A DNA stretch of 28,865 nt from a virus (lineage: Duplodnaviria > Caudoviricetes). The stretch is taken from positions 1-28,865 of IMG/VR virus record IMGVR_UViG_3300032304_000770. One strand, 5' to 3'. Each line of letters opens with the position of its first letter. The first letter of the stretch is position 1. The notes under the pieces were generated by a model. It searched no databases. It was given only the letters and a program-made list of their open reading frames with translations, and was not told where the DNA came from. Positions 6,447 to 14,958 of this stretch are shown here, piece after piece. The position numbers and the translations under genes are program-made.

Positions 6447-6698
6447 ATGAGTGACGAAGTACTAAATTCAACTGCAGCTAAGCAACTAGAAAGCATTATC
6501 GAGCGCATTGAGCGTCTTGAAGTCGATCTGGATGACCTTAAGGGTGACCGTAAGGAAGTCTACGATGAAGCCAAGGGTAACGGTTTTGATACCAAGGCCC
6601 TAAGGAAGATTATTCGTATTCGTAAGATGGATCGTGCTAAGCGTCTAGAAGAAGAAGCAATTCTTGATCTATACCTATCTGCACTTGGCATTGACTAA
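6447..6698 (+). CDS. gapR: GapR / DUF2312 nucleoid-associated DNA-binding protein
   Basis: QLESIIERIERLE..KEVYDEAKGNGFD..RIRKMDRAKR.EEEAILDLYLSA closely matches Caulobacter GapR as I recall it. Confidence 0.9.
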   Translation: MSDEVLNSTAAKQLESIIERIERLEVDLDDLKGDRKEVYDEAKGNGFDTKALRKIIRIRKMDRAKRLEEEAILDLYLSALGID

Positions 6699-6762
6699 TG
6701 AAAGTTAGATTGTAATTTTTGATAAATATCTCTGAACATAATTTTCAAACAGAGAGCCTAAG

Positions 6763-8970
6763 ATGATTACATTTATCGAATATCTACTGATGTTAGAAGC
6801 TAAGGTAGACGACTTCACTGCCAAGTACCCAGAACACGCTGGTGCTATTCAGAAATATAACGCTGCTGACCCTTCACCAACCAAGAAATTTCTTCCTTGG
6901 TTGGTGAAGCAGCACATTGCGGGTAAGGTGACACCTGAAGATTCTAGATTGCACTCTACTCTTAATAATTTCGATAAGGTAAGACACAGTCTTAGTGAGA
7001 AAGATCATAATACGTATCATTTTAATGAACTAGCAGACGAAGTTGATAAGCACGTTAAGAAAAAGGCTGAAATCGAAGCTAAAAAGAACTCTGTAGACGT
7101 CATACACAAAGAATCTAATGGAATAACTGCACAACACATTAAGACTATAGAAGCCTCTAAAGACCTCTATGGTGGCGGTGAGGAACGTGGTGGTAAGAAA
7201 GGATGTGAACGTGGAACCTCGTGGTGTGTCTCTGCTCGATCAGGCGGCAATCTATTCGGACATTATGGACAAATGTACACTGTTCATGATCCTAATGACG
7301 ACAATGCTCCCTATGCGGTACACCCATTCAACACCGGAGGGACGATAACATCAAGACATAACGATGGGGATAAACCATATAAAGGTGTTGTCAAAGATAA
7401 CCCCAAGATTAAGAATGCGGTTAATGCTATCATGAGACACTCAGCAAAGAATATCGATAGTCAGTTATCACTAAAAGGTCCAGATAATACAATGGCTAGA
7501 TTGAGAGCTATTCAACATCCATTTGCAACTTCTGACCATATTGATAAAGCGTTGGGTGATGAGAGTGAGCACGTTCGTCTACAGGCCATTAGACATCCTT
7601 CAGTAACTTCTAAGCATATCGATAAAGCGCTATCATTAGAGGGCGATCAAGATTACAGAATTCATAATGTAGCTATTCAACATCCTTCGGTAACTCCCGA
7701 ACATATTACCAAAGTATTGTCGATGAAAGGTAGAAAAAATGAGAATCTTCAATTGCTCGCTTTGGAACACCAGAACGTAACGCCTGAACATATTACTCAA
7801 GCATTATCAATGAAGGGGGATGAAAATAGACGTATTCGTCTAACTGCAATTCAACATCCTGCGGCAACTGCTGAACATATTGATAAAGCATTAGGCGATG
7901 AAAATGAGGAAGTTCGTGCTGCTGCGATCAGACATCGAAATGCGACTCCTGAACATATCGATAGAGCGATATCTTTAGAAGGGCATGACAATAAAATCGT
8001 TCGTAAAGCCGCCCTTCAGCATAACAATGTAACACCCGAGAATATTGATAAAGCATTGTCGTTAGGTGGTGATATTGCTCAGTCAGCGCTTCAACATCCT
8101 GCGGTAACTCCTGAACACATCACAAAGGCATTATCTATGAAGGGTAAAGAAAATTCTGGAATTCGTATGTATGCCATGATGAACCCTAAAGCTACTTCTG
8201 AACATATCGATAAAGCGTTGGGAGATGAAGATGGTGGTGTTCGTGCTGCTGCTATTCAACATCCTGCGGTAACTCCTAAACATATTGATAGAGCATTATC
8301 TATGATGGGTGATGATAATAGAGGAATTCGTTCAATTGCCATTAGACATCTAAATGCAACACCTGAAAATATTGATAAAGCGTTGGGGGATGAAAGTCCT
8401 CGTGTTCGTGCTGCTGCTATGAATAACAAAAATGCAACACCTGAACATATTACTAGAGCATTATCACTAAAAGGTGAAGAAAATCAAGAAGTTCGTGAAA
8501 ATGCCATACATCATCCTAAGGTAACACCAGAACATATTACCCAAGCATTGTCGCTAAAGGGTGAAGATAATAGATATATTCGTGAAAATGCTATTAGACA
8601 TCGAAATGCAACGCCAGAACATATTACACAGGCATTGTCACTGGAGGGTGAAGAAAATCAAGAAGTTCGTGAAAATGCCATACGTCATCATAAGGTAACA
8701 CCAGAACACATCACAAAGGCATTGTCTCTAGAGGGTGAAGATAATATATGGGTTCGTGAAGAGGCGATGTGGCACCATAAGGTAACACCAGAACATATTA
8801 CCCAAGCATTGTCGCTAAAGGGTGAAGATAATAGATATATTCGTGAAAATGCTATTAGACATCCTAAGGTAACACCAGAACATATTACCCAAGCACTGTC
8901 ACTAAATGGTGAAGAAAATAGAGGGGTTCGTGAAGAGGCGATGAGAATTAAACAAGAAAGAGGTTGGTAA
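6763..8970 (+). CDS. HEAT/LRV-like helical repeat protein (735 aa), possibly virion-packaged
   Basis: About 17 repeats of 26-29 aa (HPxVTPEHITxALSLxGxxNxxVRxxAI); N-terminal MITFIEYLLMLEA; GATAAATA late-like promoter upstream. Confidence 0.8.
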   Translation: MITFIEYLLMLEAKVDDFTAKYPEHAGAIQKYNAADPSPTKKFLPWLVKQHIAGKVTPEDSRLHSTLNNFDKVRHSLSEKDHNTYHFNELADEVDKHVKKKAEIEAKKNSVDVIHKESNGITAQHIKTIEASKDLYGGGEERGGKKGCERGTSWCVSARSGGNLFGHYGQMYTVHDPNDDNAPYAVHPFNTGGTITSRHNDGDKPYKGVVKDNPKIKNAVNAIMRHSAKNIDSQLSLKGPDNTMARLRAIQHPFATSDHIDKALGDESEHVRLQAIRHPSVTSKHIDKALSLEGDQDYRIHNVAIQHPSVTPEHITKVLSMKGRKNENLQLLALEHQNVTPEHITQALSMKGDENRRIRLTAIQHPAATAEHIDKALGDENEEVRAAAIRHRNATPEHIDRAISLEGHDNKIVRKAALQHNNVTPENIDKALSLGGDIAQSALQHPAVTPEHITKALSMKGKENSGIRMYAMMNPKATSEHIDKALGDEDGGVRAAAIQHPAVTPKHIDRALSMMGDDNRGIRSIAIRHLNATPENIDKALGDESPRVRAAAMNNKNATPEHITRALSLKGEENQEVRENAIHHPKVTPEHITQALSLKGEDNRYIRENAIRHRNATPEHITQALSLEGEENQEVRENAIRHHKVTPEHITKALSLEGEDNIWVREEAMWHHKVTPEHITQALSLKGEDNRYIRENAIRHPKVTPEHITQALSLNGEENRGVREEAMRIKQERGW

Positions 8971-9010
8971 TGATAAATAAATATATGCATTCCAACCAAA
9001 GGTACTTGAC

Positions 9011-9279
9011 ATGATCACATTCATCGAATATCTTCTGATGCTAGAAGCTAGGGTAGACGATCTGTCTACTAAATATCCAGAGCATGCGGATGCTATTCAG
9101 AAATATAACGCTGCTGATCCGACTCCAACGAAAAAGTTTCTTCCTTGGTTGGTGAAGTTGCCATAAACCATCCTAAGGTAACCCCAGAACATGTTACTCA
9201 AGCATTATCCCTAGAGGGTGATGATAATCAAGAGGTTCGTTATCTAGCAAATAAAATTAAACGAGAAAGAGGTTGGTAA
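9011..9279 (+). pseudogene. internally deleted, frameshifted paralogue of 6763..8970
   Basis: First 49 codons (MITFIEYLLMLEARVDD...LPWLVK) joined out of frame at GTGAAG (9152-9157) to a last repeat ending IKRERGW*. Confidence 0.85.
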
Positions 9280-9545
9280 TGATTTATGATTTTAACGTAA
9301 CTCCAGAAGAGAATGGAAAAATTCTCAACTGGCTATATAATGTAGTCTACCCTTCACTTAAGCGTGAAGGTGTGCCTATGATGACACTTGCTGATGGTTA
9401 CTCTACTGTCGAAGTCCCATATACCGGAGCAATCGGCGGTAATGTGGTCTACAGCTTTACACCTACTAGTTTGGGTGTAATCCTTACTGTAAAGGAAACT
9501 CTGTCTGGTCTTGAACTGGACCTGACAGATTACGATTCTTTCTAG
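9279..9545 (+). CDS. hypothetical phage protein
   Basis: ATG overlaps the upstream stop; GAIGG..YSFTPTSLG motif. Confidence 0.7.
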   Translation: MIYDFNVTPEENGKILNWLYNVVYPSLKREGVPMMTLADGYSTVEVPYTGAIGGNVVYSFTPTSLGVILTVKETLSGLELDLTDYDSF

Positions 9546-9552
9546 TTGACAT

Positions 9553-9594
9553 TTCTCCAGAAGTTGATAAGTCATAATATCAACTTCTGGAGAA
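9553..9594. repeat. perfect 17-bp inverted repeat covering the RBS of 9601
   Basis: TTCTCCAGAAGTTGATA-8 nt-TATCAACTTCTGGAGAA. Confidence 0.9.
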
Positions 9595-9600
9595 CAAAAC

Positions 9601-9852
9601 ATGATCCAACACTATTCTGCTGATGTTCGTTATAAGGCTCACCCTGATGAGACTAAGGAAGAACAAACTGCTCGCTGGAAGACTGAACGTATTGTGATGC
9701 GAGAACAAAATTACCAAGAACGATACTTCAAGTTTGATACCAAGGACGAGATGGCCCAAAAGAAAGCACAAGTCGAATGTGTCAATTATGCTAGTATATG
9801 GGAAGAAAAACTCGGGTTTCCGCTTGAAGTTTGTCAAGGTATGAGTATGTAA
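9601..9852 (+). CDS. hypothetical protein
   Basis: GGAG RBS, ORF track. Confidence 0.7.
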   Translation: MIQHYSADVRYKAHPDETKEEQTARWKTERIVMREQNYQERYFKFDTKDEMAQKKAQVECVNYASIWEEKLGFPLEVCQGMSM

Positions 9853-9860
9853 ACATAGAG

Positions 9861-9894
9861 GGGCCTATAGCTCAACGGTAGAGCAGCCGACTTT
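9861..9894 (+). pseudogene. 5' half of a canonical tRNA (Lys-like), truncated in the anticodon loop
   Basis: GGGCCTA-TA-GCTC-AACGGTA-GAGC-A-GCCGA-CTTT, then the next tRNA begins. Confidence 0.7.
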
Positions 9895-9982
9895 GGACAC
9901 GTTGGACAATTGGCTGGTCCAGCAGACTTTTAATCTGCCTTACGTAAGTAACTTGTGGGTTCGAATCCCACCGTGTCTACCA
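9895..9982 (+). tRNA. tRNA-Lys(TTT) with long variable region
   Basis: Acceptor GGACACG/CGTGTCT, anticodon arm GCAGA-CTTTTAA-TCTGC, variable region CTTACGTAAGTAACTT, canonical T-arm, CCA. Confidence 0.85.
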
Positions 9983-10043
9983 ATCTACTAACCAAAGGAA
10001 ATAAAGTGGATCAAGTAGTTTCTCTAACGACTAAATAAATTAA

Positions 10044-10131
10044 GGGCGATAAACTCACCGGGGTGTGAGGGGAGCTTGCTAAGCTTTACGGACTCCATAG
10101 TGGGTCTGGGGATCGAGACCTCTGTCGCCCG
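10044..10131 (+). tRNA. tRNA-Ser(GCT), CCA not encoded
   Basis: Acceptor GGGCGAT/GTCGCCC, anticodon arm GGAGC-TTGCTAA-GCTTT, long variable arm, G discriminator. Confidence 0.78.
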
Positions 10132-10153
10132 CATCAATCTCAGGAGATATATT

Positions 10154-10387
10154 ATGGCAACTTGGTATACTCACATTAATCGTGGTGTGATCGATTCAAA
10201 TAGAATTCACAAGACTGATCTTCCTCCTATCACTATTCGGAGAGGGAAGATTGGTAAATCGTTTACTGCTCATGAAGTAGAACTTCCAGAGAAGACTAGA
10301 ATTATCTATTCTGCACATGATCCTATTCTAAACTGTGGTGCAAGAGTGGTAATCGTTTCTGAATCTGAACCGAAAGTGATTAGATAA
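10154..10387 (+). CDS. hypothetical phage protein
   Basis: AGGAG RBS before ATG 10154. Confidence 0.75.
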   Translation: MATWYTHINRGVIDSNRIHKTDLPPITIRRGKIGKSFTAHEVELPEKTRIIYSAHDPILNCGARVVIVSESEPKVIR

Positions 10388-10391
10388 TCCA

Positions 10392-10399
10392 TATAAATA
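10392..10399 (+). promoter_or_regulatory. T4 late promoter now facing into the HNH gene
   Basis: TATAAATA. Confidence 0.5.
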
Positions 10400-10409
10400 A
10401 GTAGCAGCT

Positions 10410-11012
10410 TCACTTTTTTATTTTATACGCTACTCCTCTCCACCAATTATCTGGAATTTCTCCGTTGATCATTTTGTTATCAACACCGTTTGTTATCCAA
10501 AATCTGCCCTTCACGCTAGGTCTCTTTTGCTCATGAATTAATCGACCAATGTACCAACCCAAAGATAAATATTCTTCTATCATTGTAGCTTTGATTTTTT
10601 TATTGCAACTTCCGTTATTGATCCACATGGTTCCATATTGACTATTTTTAGTACTTTTGACTTTGGGTTCAATTTGACTCAGTTTGGCACATCGATCATA
10701 GTTTGCAGAATTTATAGATAAACCAGCAGATATGATAGCTTGTCTAAAATTTTTAGTATTACGGAGTATTTCAATTAATTCATCATCGGTAACTTTACTG
10801 TCTCCAGAATTTTTATTCTTTCCGCAGTATGTTGAAGTTTGAGAATGACAATTTGGGCATAATAATCTAAGGTTATTTTTGTCGTCATTTTTAGAATTAC
10901 CATCAATGTGATCTAACTCTAAAGATAATCTAGCATTTAACCATTCGGAAATTCCACAAATTTCACATTTATATCCTCTTTCATTGATTACATCCTTTTT
11001 AATTTTTTTCAT
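10410..11012 (-). CDS. HNH homing endonuclease
   Basis: CEICG, LELDHIDGN..N...NLRLLCPNCHSQT, C-terminal W(I/T)NG repeats; GGAG RBS before ATG 11012. Confidence 0.9.
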   Translation of the reverse strand: MKKIKKDVINERGYKCEICGISEWLNARLSLELDHIDGNSKNDDKNNLRLLCPNCHSQTSTYCGKNKNSGDSKVTDDELIEILRNTKNFRQAIISAGLSINSANYDRCAKLSQIEPKVKSTKNSQYGTMWINNGSCNKKIKATMIEEYLSLGWYIGRLIHEQKRPSVKGRFWITNGVDNKMINGEIPDNWWRGVAYKIKK

Positions 11013-11026
11013 AAATATCTCCATTA

Positions 11027-11111
11027 GGGCGCGTGGTGTAATTGGTAGCCACGACAGACTTAAAATCTGTTGGTTTAATCCGTGACGGTTCGAGTCCGTC
11101 CGCGCCTACCA
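11027..11111 (+). tRNA. tRNA-Leu(TAA)
   Basis: Acceptor GGGCGCG/CGCGCCT, anticodon arm ACAGA-CTTAAAA-TCTGT, variable arm, T-arm GACGG-TTCGAGT-CCGTC, CCA. Confidence 0.93.
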
Positions 11112-11115
11112 ATAT

Positions 11116-11123
11116 TATTTATA
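11116..11123 (-). promoter_or_regulatory. T4 late promoter for the HNH gene, reading antisense through tRNA-Leu
   Basis: TATAAATA on minus strand. Confidence 0.55.
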
Positions 11124-11206
11124 ATATTTTTGAATTGAGACTTATACAAATAGTGTCGGTTCAATGGCTATAACTCAAGAAATGTTGGATAAATCAAAAT
11201 AATTAG

Positions 11207-11235
11207 TTGACAGCATCATAGGTGTGGGGTATAAG
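11207..11235 (+). promoter_or_regulatory. sigma70-type early promoter
   Basis: TTGACA-17 nt-TATAAG. Confidence 0.65.
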
Positions 11236-11265
11236 TAGTTCATCAACAGCGAAGGAACTTCTCAC

Positions 11266-11655
11266 ATGCTCACTCTCTCTGATATCAATGCTCTGACCGA
11301 TGGCTACAACGGTGACGTCTATTCGGACCTCTATAAGGATGTCCATGGTTGCCGTCCTCGGAACTGCACTTTCGAAAGTCTTGAGGATTTTCAGGTTTCT
11401 TGGGATTATCTGGTTGCCCGCCTCGACGAGGTGATGGAAGAGGAGAAGAACCAGAAGATCATCTGCCAAGAGATTTTCGAGAAGCGGGTTAGCGATGTGA
11501 TGGAACTGATCACCAATGTTGATCGGGTCCGTGCTATCGAGATTATTGCGGATGCTGAAGGTTGTGCTAATGATCTGAAGTGGTATGGCTACGAGAGCCT
11601 CGAATATCACTTTGGTCTGGGATATGGATACATTAAGGGAACACTGGAAAAATAA
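11266..11655 (+). CDS. hypothetical phage protein (YSDLYKDVHGxRPR motif), early
   Basis: AAGGA RBS, GC-richer codons. Confidence 0.8.
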   Translation: MLTLSDINALTDGYNGDVYSDLYKDVHGCRPRNCTFESLEDFQVSWDYLVARLDEVMEEEKNQKIICQEIFEKRVSDVMELITNVDRVRAIEIIADAEGCANDLKWYGYESLEYHFGLGYGYIKGTLEK

Positions 11656-11659
11656 AAAT

Positions 11660-12472
11660 ATGACTAAGAAAATCTATTTTGGACAATTCAATTCTTTAGG
11701 CGATCATTTCGTTATCAACGGAATTGTTCGCCACTATGCTCAGTTTGCTGATGAAGTTTATCTTCACAGCTATTCACATGATACACTATCACTTCTCTAT
11801 TCTGAAGAACCTAAGGTCACTGTCTTAAAGGACTCTGACCCTAAACCCGTTCCAGATGAGGAAAATCCGTATCTGTATCACTACCCACCAAATTCACCAG
11901 AACATCACTGGTTTTATTCTATCAATCCACTAGAGAAATATAGATTCCTCTCGTCTGATCCTTCAACGATGAGTTGGAATGGTCACCCGGATTTCTTCTA
12001 TACTGTTCCGCTATGGGATAGACAGTTATATGAACTGGCTGATTTACCATTCAGTATGAGATACACCAATTTCAGACTTCCATCATCTCTACCCAATTCG
12101 GATAAGCTGTATGAAGAGCTTGCTGGAGACGGTAAGCCATACATTCTGGTAGCAGACATCATGAGATTGACGAATGAACCTGCTCCGATCATGCTTGATG
12201 CAGTACGATCACACTTCGGATTAAATCCTTCTGCTAAGGTAATTCGTATTGACACGACTACCAATATGTTGGATTATACGAAATTGGTCGCCAATGCAGA
12301 TGAGATTCACGTTGTGCCTTCTGCATTCCATTGTTTTGTGGATAGTGTACCTACGAAGACGGGTGCGAAGATGTTCTTCCATGATATCAGAGCTAACATT
12401 ATTATGCGGCTAAATACCATTTGGAATAAAGACAAACAATGGATTGAAATTAATTATTCTAGGAAAATGTAA
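11660..12472 (+). CDS. putative glycosyltransferase-like protein
   Basis: N-terminal SLGDHFVINGIVR and C-terminal A.EIH..SAF.C resemble GT-B fold enzymes; first gene of the sugar cluster; ATG 11660. Confidence 0.5.
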   Translation: MTKKIYFGQFNSLGDHFVINGIVRHYAQFADEVYLHSYSHDTLSLLYSEEPKVTVLKDSDPKPVPDEENPYLYHYPPNSPEHHWFYSINPLEKYRFLSSDPSTMSWNGHPDFFYTVPLWDRQLYELADLPFSMRYTNFRLPSSLPNSDKLYEELAGDGKPYILVADIMRLTNEPAPIMLDAVRSHFGLNPSAKVIRIDTTTNMLDYTKLVANADEIHVVPSAFHCFVDSVPTKTGAKMFFHDIRANIIMRLNTIWNKDKQWIEINYSRKM

Positions 12473-13617
12473 TGAAAACACTACTCGATTTAGGCACACA
12501 GCCATTAGTAAACAATCTGTGCAATACTGAAGAGGAAGCACTAAACGCAGAACAATTTGAACTGAAGGCGGTCATAGAAGATGATCTAACAATTCGTCTC
12601 AATAGTTCTGTAGACCCTAAGAAACTATATTCTGACTATCTCTATAAGTCTGGAGTAGGAGCACCGTATAGATTTCACTGTGCGAATATGTTCAGGGATA
12701 TCAAAAGAAGAGGATTGAAATACGATACTATTGTCGATATTGGTGGCAATGATGGAACACTATTGAGGTCATTCCAGAGTGAATCTGATATTGAGCTTAA
12801 TATGTATAATGTAGATGCAAGTTCTTCATTCAGAGAAGAAAATGAGAACTCAAATATTAAGTACACTGAGTCGTATTGGAATAGAGAATTAGACTTACCT
12901 AAAGCTGATCTTATCGTCTCCACTAACGTATTTCAGCACACCCCAGATGTACATAAGTTCTTGGGTGGAATTCAAGAACATCTGAATGGTGTATGGATTC
13001 TTGAGTTTCCATATACACTAAGAACTCTAGAGACAAATCAGTTTGACCAGTTCTATCACGAGCATTATTACTATTGGTTGATAACTCCGCTACGCAATCT
13101 ATTTTCTTCATATGGTCTCGCTATTACAGACCTTGTCGAATCGACGATTCATGGCGGAACAATGAGAATCTATAGTTCTAATCTACCTACTGCAGTAGAG
13201 TGTACCGAGAAATTAGATCATTATTGTAAACTAGAACAAGACTTTGACTATGCAAACTTCACTAATATTGTGTCACACATTTCAAAATCTTCGGGTATGA
13301 TTTTAGATGATCAGAAGTTATTTTTTGGTGCTGCAGCAAAGGGCTGTGTATTCCTTAATGCTATGGGAATATCCAGCATAGATTATGATGCAGTAATTGT
13401 CGATGATACGGTAGGCAAGCAGAATAAATACATGCCGGGTACTGGATTCAAGATCGTGAGTAGAGAAGAGGCTAACCTAAGTGGTTCAAAAGAAAACTTG
13501 ACCATACTAGCTCACAACTACAGAAAATATTTAATAGATTCCCTTCGATTAGAGAGTTATTTTACTGGAAACATTTATACGTTTCTACCAACATTAGAGG
13601 TCAATACCTTTGGATAA
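12472..13617 (+). CDS. NDP-sugar C-methyltransferase
   Basis: LDLGTQPLVN, VDIGGNDGTLL SAM motif, FDQFYHEH, IHGGTMR, FGAAAKG, KQNKYMPGT. Confidence 0.88.
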   Translation: MKTLLDLGTQPLVNNLCNTEEEALNAEQFELKAVIEDDLTIRLNSSVDPKKLYSDYLYKSGVGAPYRFHCANMFRDIKRRGLKYDTIVDIGGNDGTLLRSFQSESDIELNMYNVDASSSFREENENSNIKYTESYWNRELDLPKADLIVSTNVFQHTPDVHKFLGGIQEHLNGVWILEFPYTLRTLETNQFDQFYHEHYYYWLITPLRNLFSSYGLAITDLVESTIHGGTMRIYSSNLPTAVECTEKLDHYCKLEQDFDYANFTNIVSHISKSSGMILDDQKLFFGAAAKGCVFLNAMGISSIDYDAVIVDDTVGKQNKYMPGTGFKIVSREEANLSGSKENLTILAHNYRKYLIDSLRLESYFTGNIYTFLPTLEVNTFG

Positions 13618-14227
13618 GATTCTCATTGTATATCACCTACATCAAGTAAATAATTGGGAACAGTTGCTTTCTGAGCAGATGGGAATGCTATTAGTTTCTG
13701 GATTATTTGAAGCGGCTCATGAGATTTACATTTCGGTGAACGACACCAAGTATATCCCGACCTTCCATGAGAAAGTTAAGGTTGTCTACAATCCCGGATA
13801 TTGTGAGAAGCCATCTATGCTCTTGGCCTATAACTTAGCTAAAGAGAATCCAGAATCCAAAATCTTCTTCTTTGGTAGCAAGGGTGCTTCGAAGCCATCT
13901 TACTATCAAGATGATTGGCGGTTAATGATGAATCACTGGACTATAATGAAGTGGCGAGTGGCGGTGGATAAATTAAACGAAGTTGACACCTTTGGTGCTA
14001 GTTGGCACCAAAGTCCATTGCCACACTATTCTGGTACTCACTGGTGGTCAACCGCTAAATATCTATCATCATTAGACCCAGCATACCTAAGTGAATCCGA
14101 TAGATGGTCACATGAATTTTGGATAGGCACTGGAGTCGGGATGCATTGCTGTCCATATGATAGTAGGGTAGATCATTACAGCACAAGATTTCCAATCTCA
14201 GAATACACCTCGGAGTTCTTCAGATGA
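13610..14227 (+). CDS. putative glycosyltransferase-like protein
   Basis: SKG, W..MM, PHYSGTHWW and EFWIG motifs of a viral GT-like family; cluster context. Confidence 0.5.
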   Translation: MDKILIVYHLHQVNNWEQLLSEQMGMLLVSGLFEAAHEIYISVNDTKYIPTFHEKVKVVYNPGYCEKPSMLLAYNLAKENPESKIFFFGSKGASKPSYYQDDWRLMMNHWTIMKWRVAVDKLNEVDTFGASWHQSPLPHYSGTHWWSTAKYLSSLDPAYLSESDRWSHEFWIGTGVGMHCCPYDSRVDHYSTRFPISEYTSEFFR

Positions 14228-14958
14228 GACCAACTGTAAGCATTACCTGTGTAGATACTCTATTCTACAAAGATACTATCTATGCACTAAATAGAACTAT
14301 CGCTACACTAAAGGACAAAATAAATCTTACTCATGTATACTGGTTTAGCGATATTGCATTTCCCGGAGAATGTGATTTACCAGTGGTGTGGATTCCCATT
14401 AATAAATTTACTAACGTAGTAGTAGATATGAACTTTGTTCTATTAAAACTAGTACCACAATATGTCACCACTGACTACAATCTCAATATTCAAGCAGATG
14501 GCTTTGCAGTCAATTCCGAAGCATGGACTGATGAATTCTTTGAATATGATTATATTGGCGCTCAGTGGTATAGACCATCATACCCTACACATAAAGTGGG
14601 TAATGGCGGATTCTGTCTAAAGTCTAAGAAGTTGTTTACTACATTGAAAAGTGTGATATACTCTCATATTCCACGATATCGAGATTTTCCGGGCAACAAG
14701 AATTTAGAGATAGATTATCTAAATACTGGTAACTACAGAATCAAAACACCAGATGACATTGTGGGTGAGGATGTTTTGATCTGTAGAGTTTTGGCAGATA
14801 GATTAACTGAAGAATTTGGAATCCGGTTTGCTCCATTAGATATAGCAGATCAATTTAGTATAGAAGATAATTATTCCTCACCATGGTTAGGTAAGAGTCT
14901 AGGCTTCCACGGTAAGGGCAATGAACAATTTTATGGGATAACCTTTAATGACAACTGA
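14224..14958 (+). CDS. DUF5672-type GT-A-like protein
   Basis: QADG, YDYIGAQW, VGNGGFCL, EDV and GFH motifs. Confidence 0.7.
   Translation: MRPTVSITCVDTLFYKDTIYALNRTIATLKDKINLTHVYWFSDIAFPGECDLPVVWIPINKFTNVVVDMNFVLLKLVPQYVTTDYNLNIQADGFAVNSEAWTDEFFEYDYIGAQWYRPSYPTHKVGNGGFCLKSKKLFTTLKSVIYSHIPRYRDFPGNKNLEIDYLNTGNYRIKTPDDIVGEDVLICRVLADRLTEEFGIRFAPLDIADQFSIEDNYSSPWLGKSLGFHGKGNEQFYGITFNDN

Noticed and set aside
7460-9279. Diversity-generating retroelement template/variable repeat pair
   Set aside because: No reverse transcriptase in the window and differences between copies are not limited to adenines
10006-10038. Minigene GTG..TAA (10 codons) with an AAGGA RBS
   Set aside because: Too short to support; may be a gene remnant
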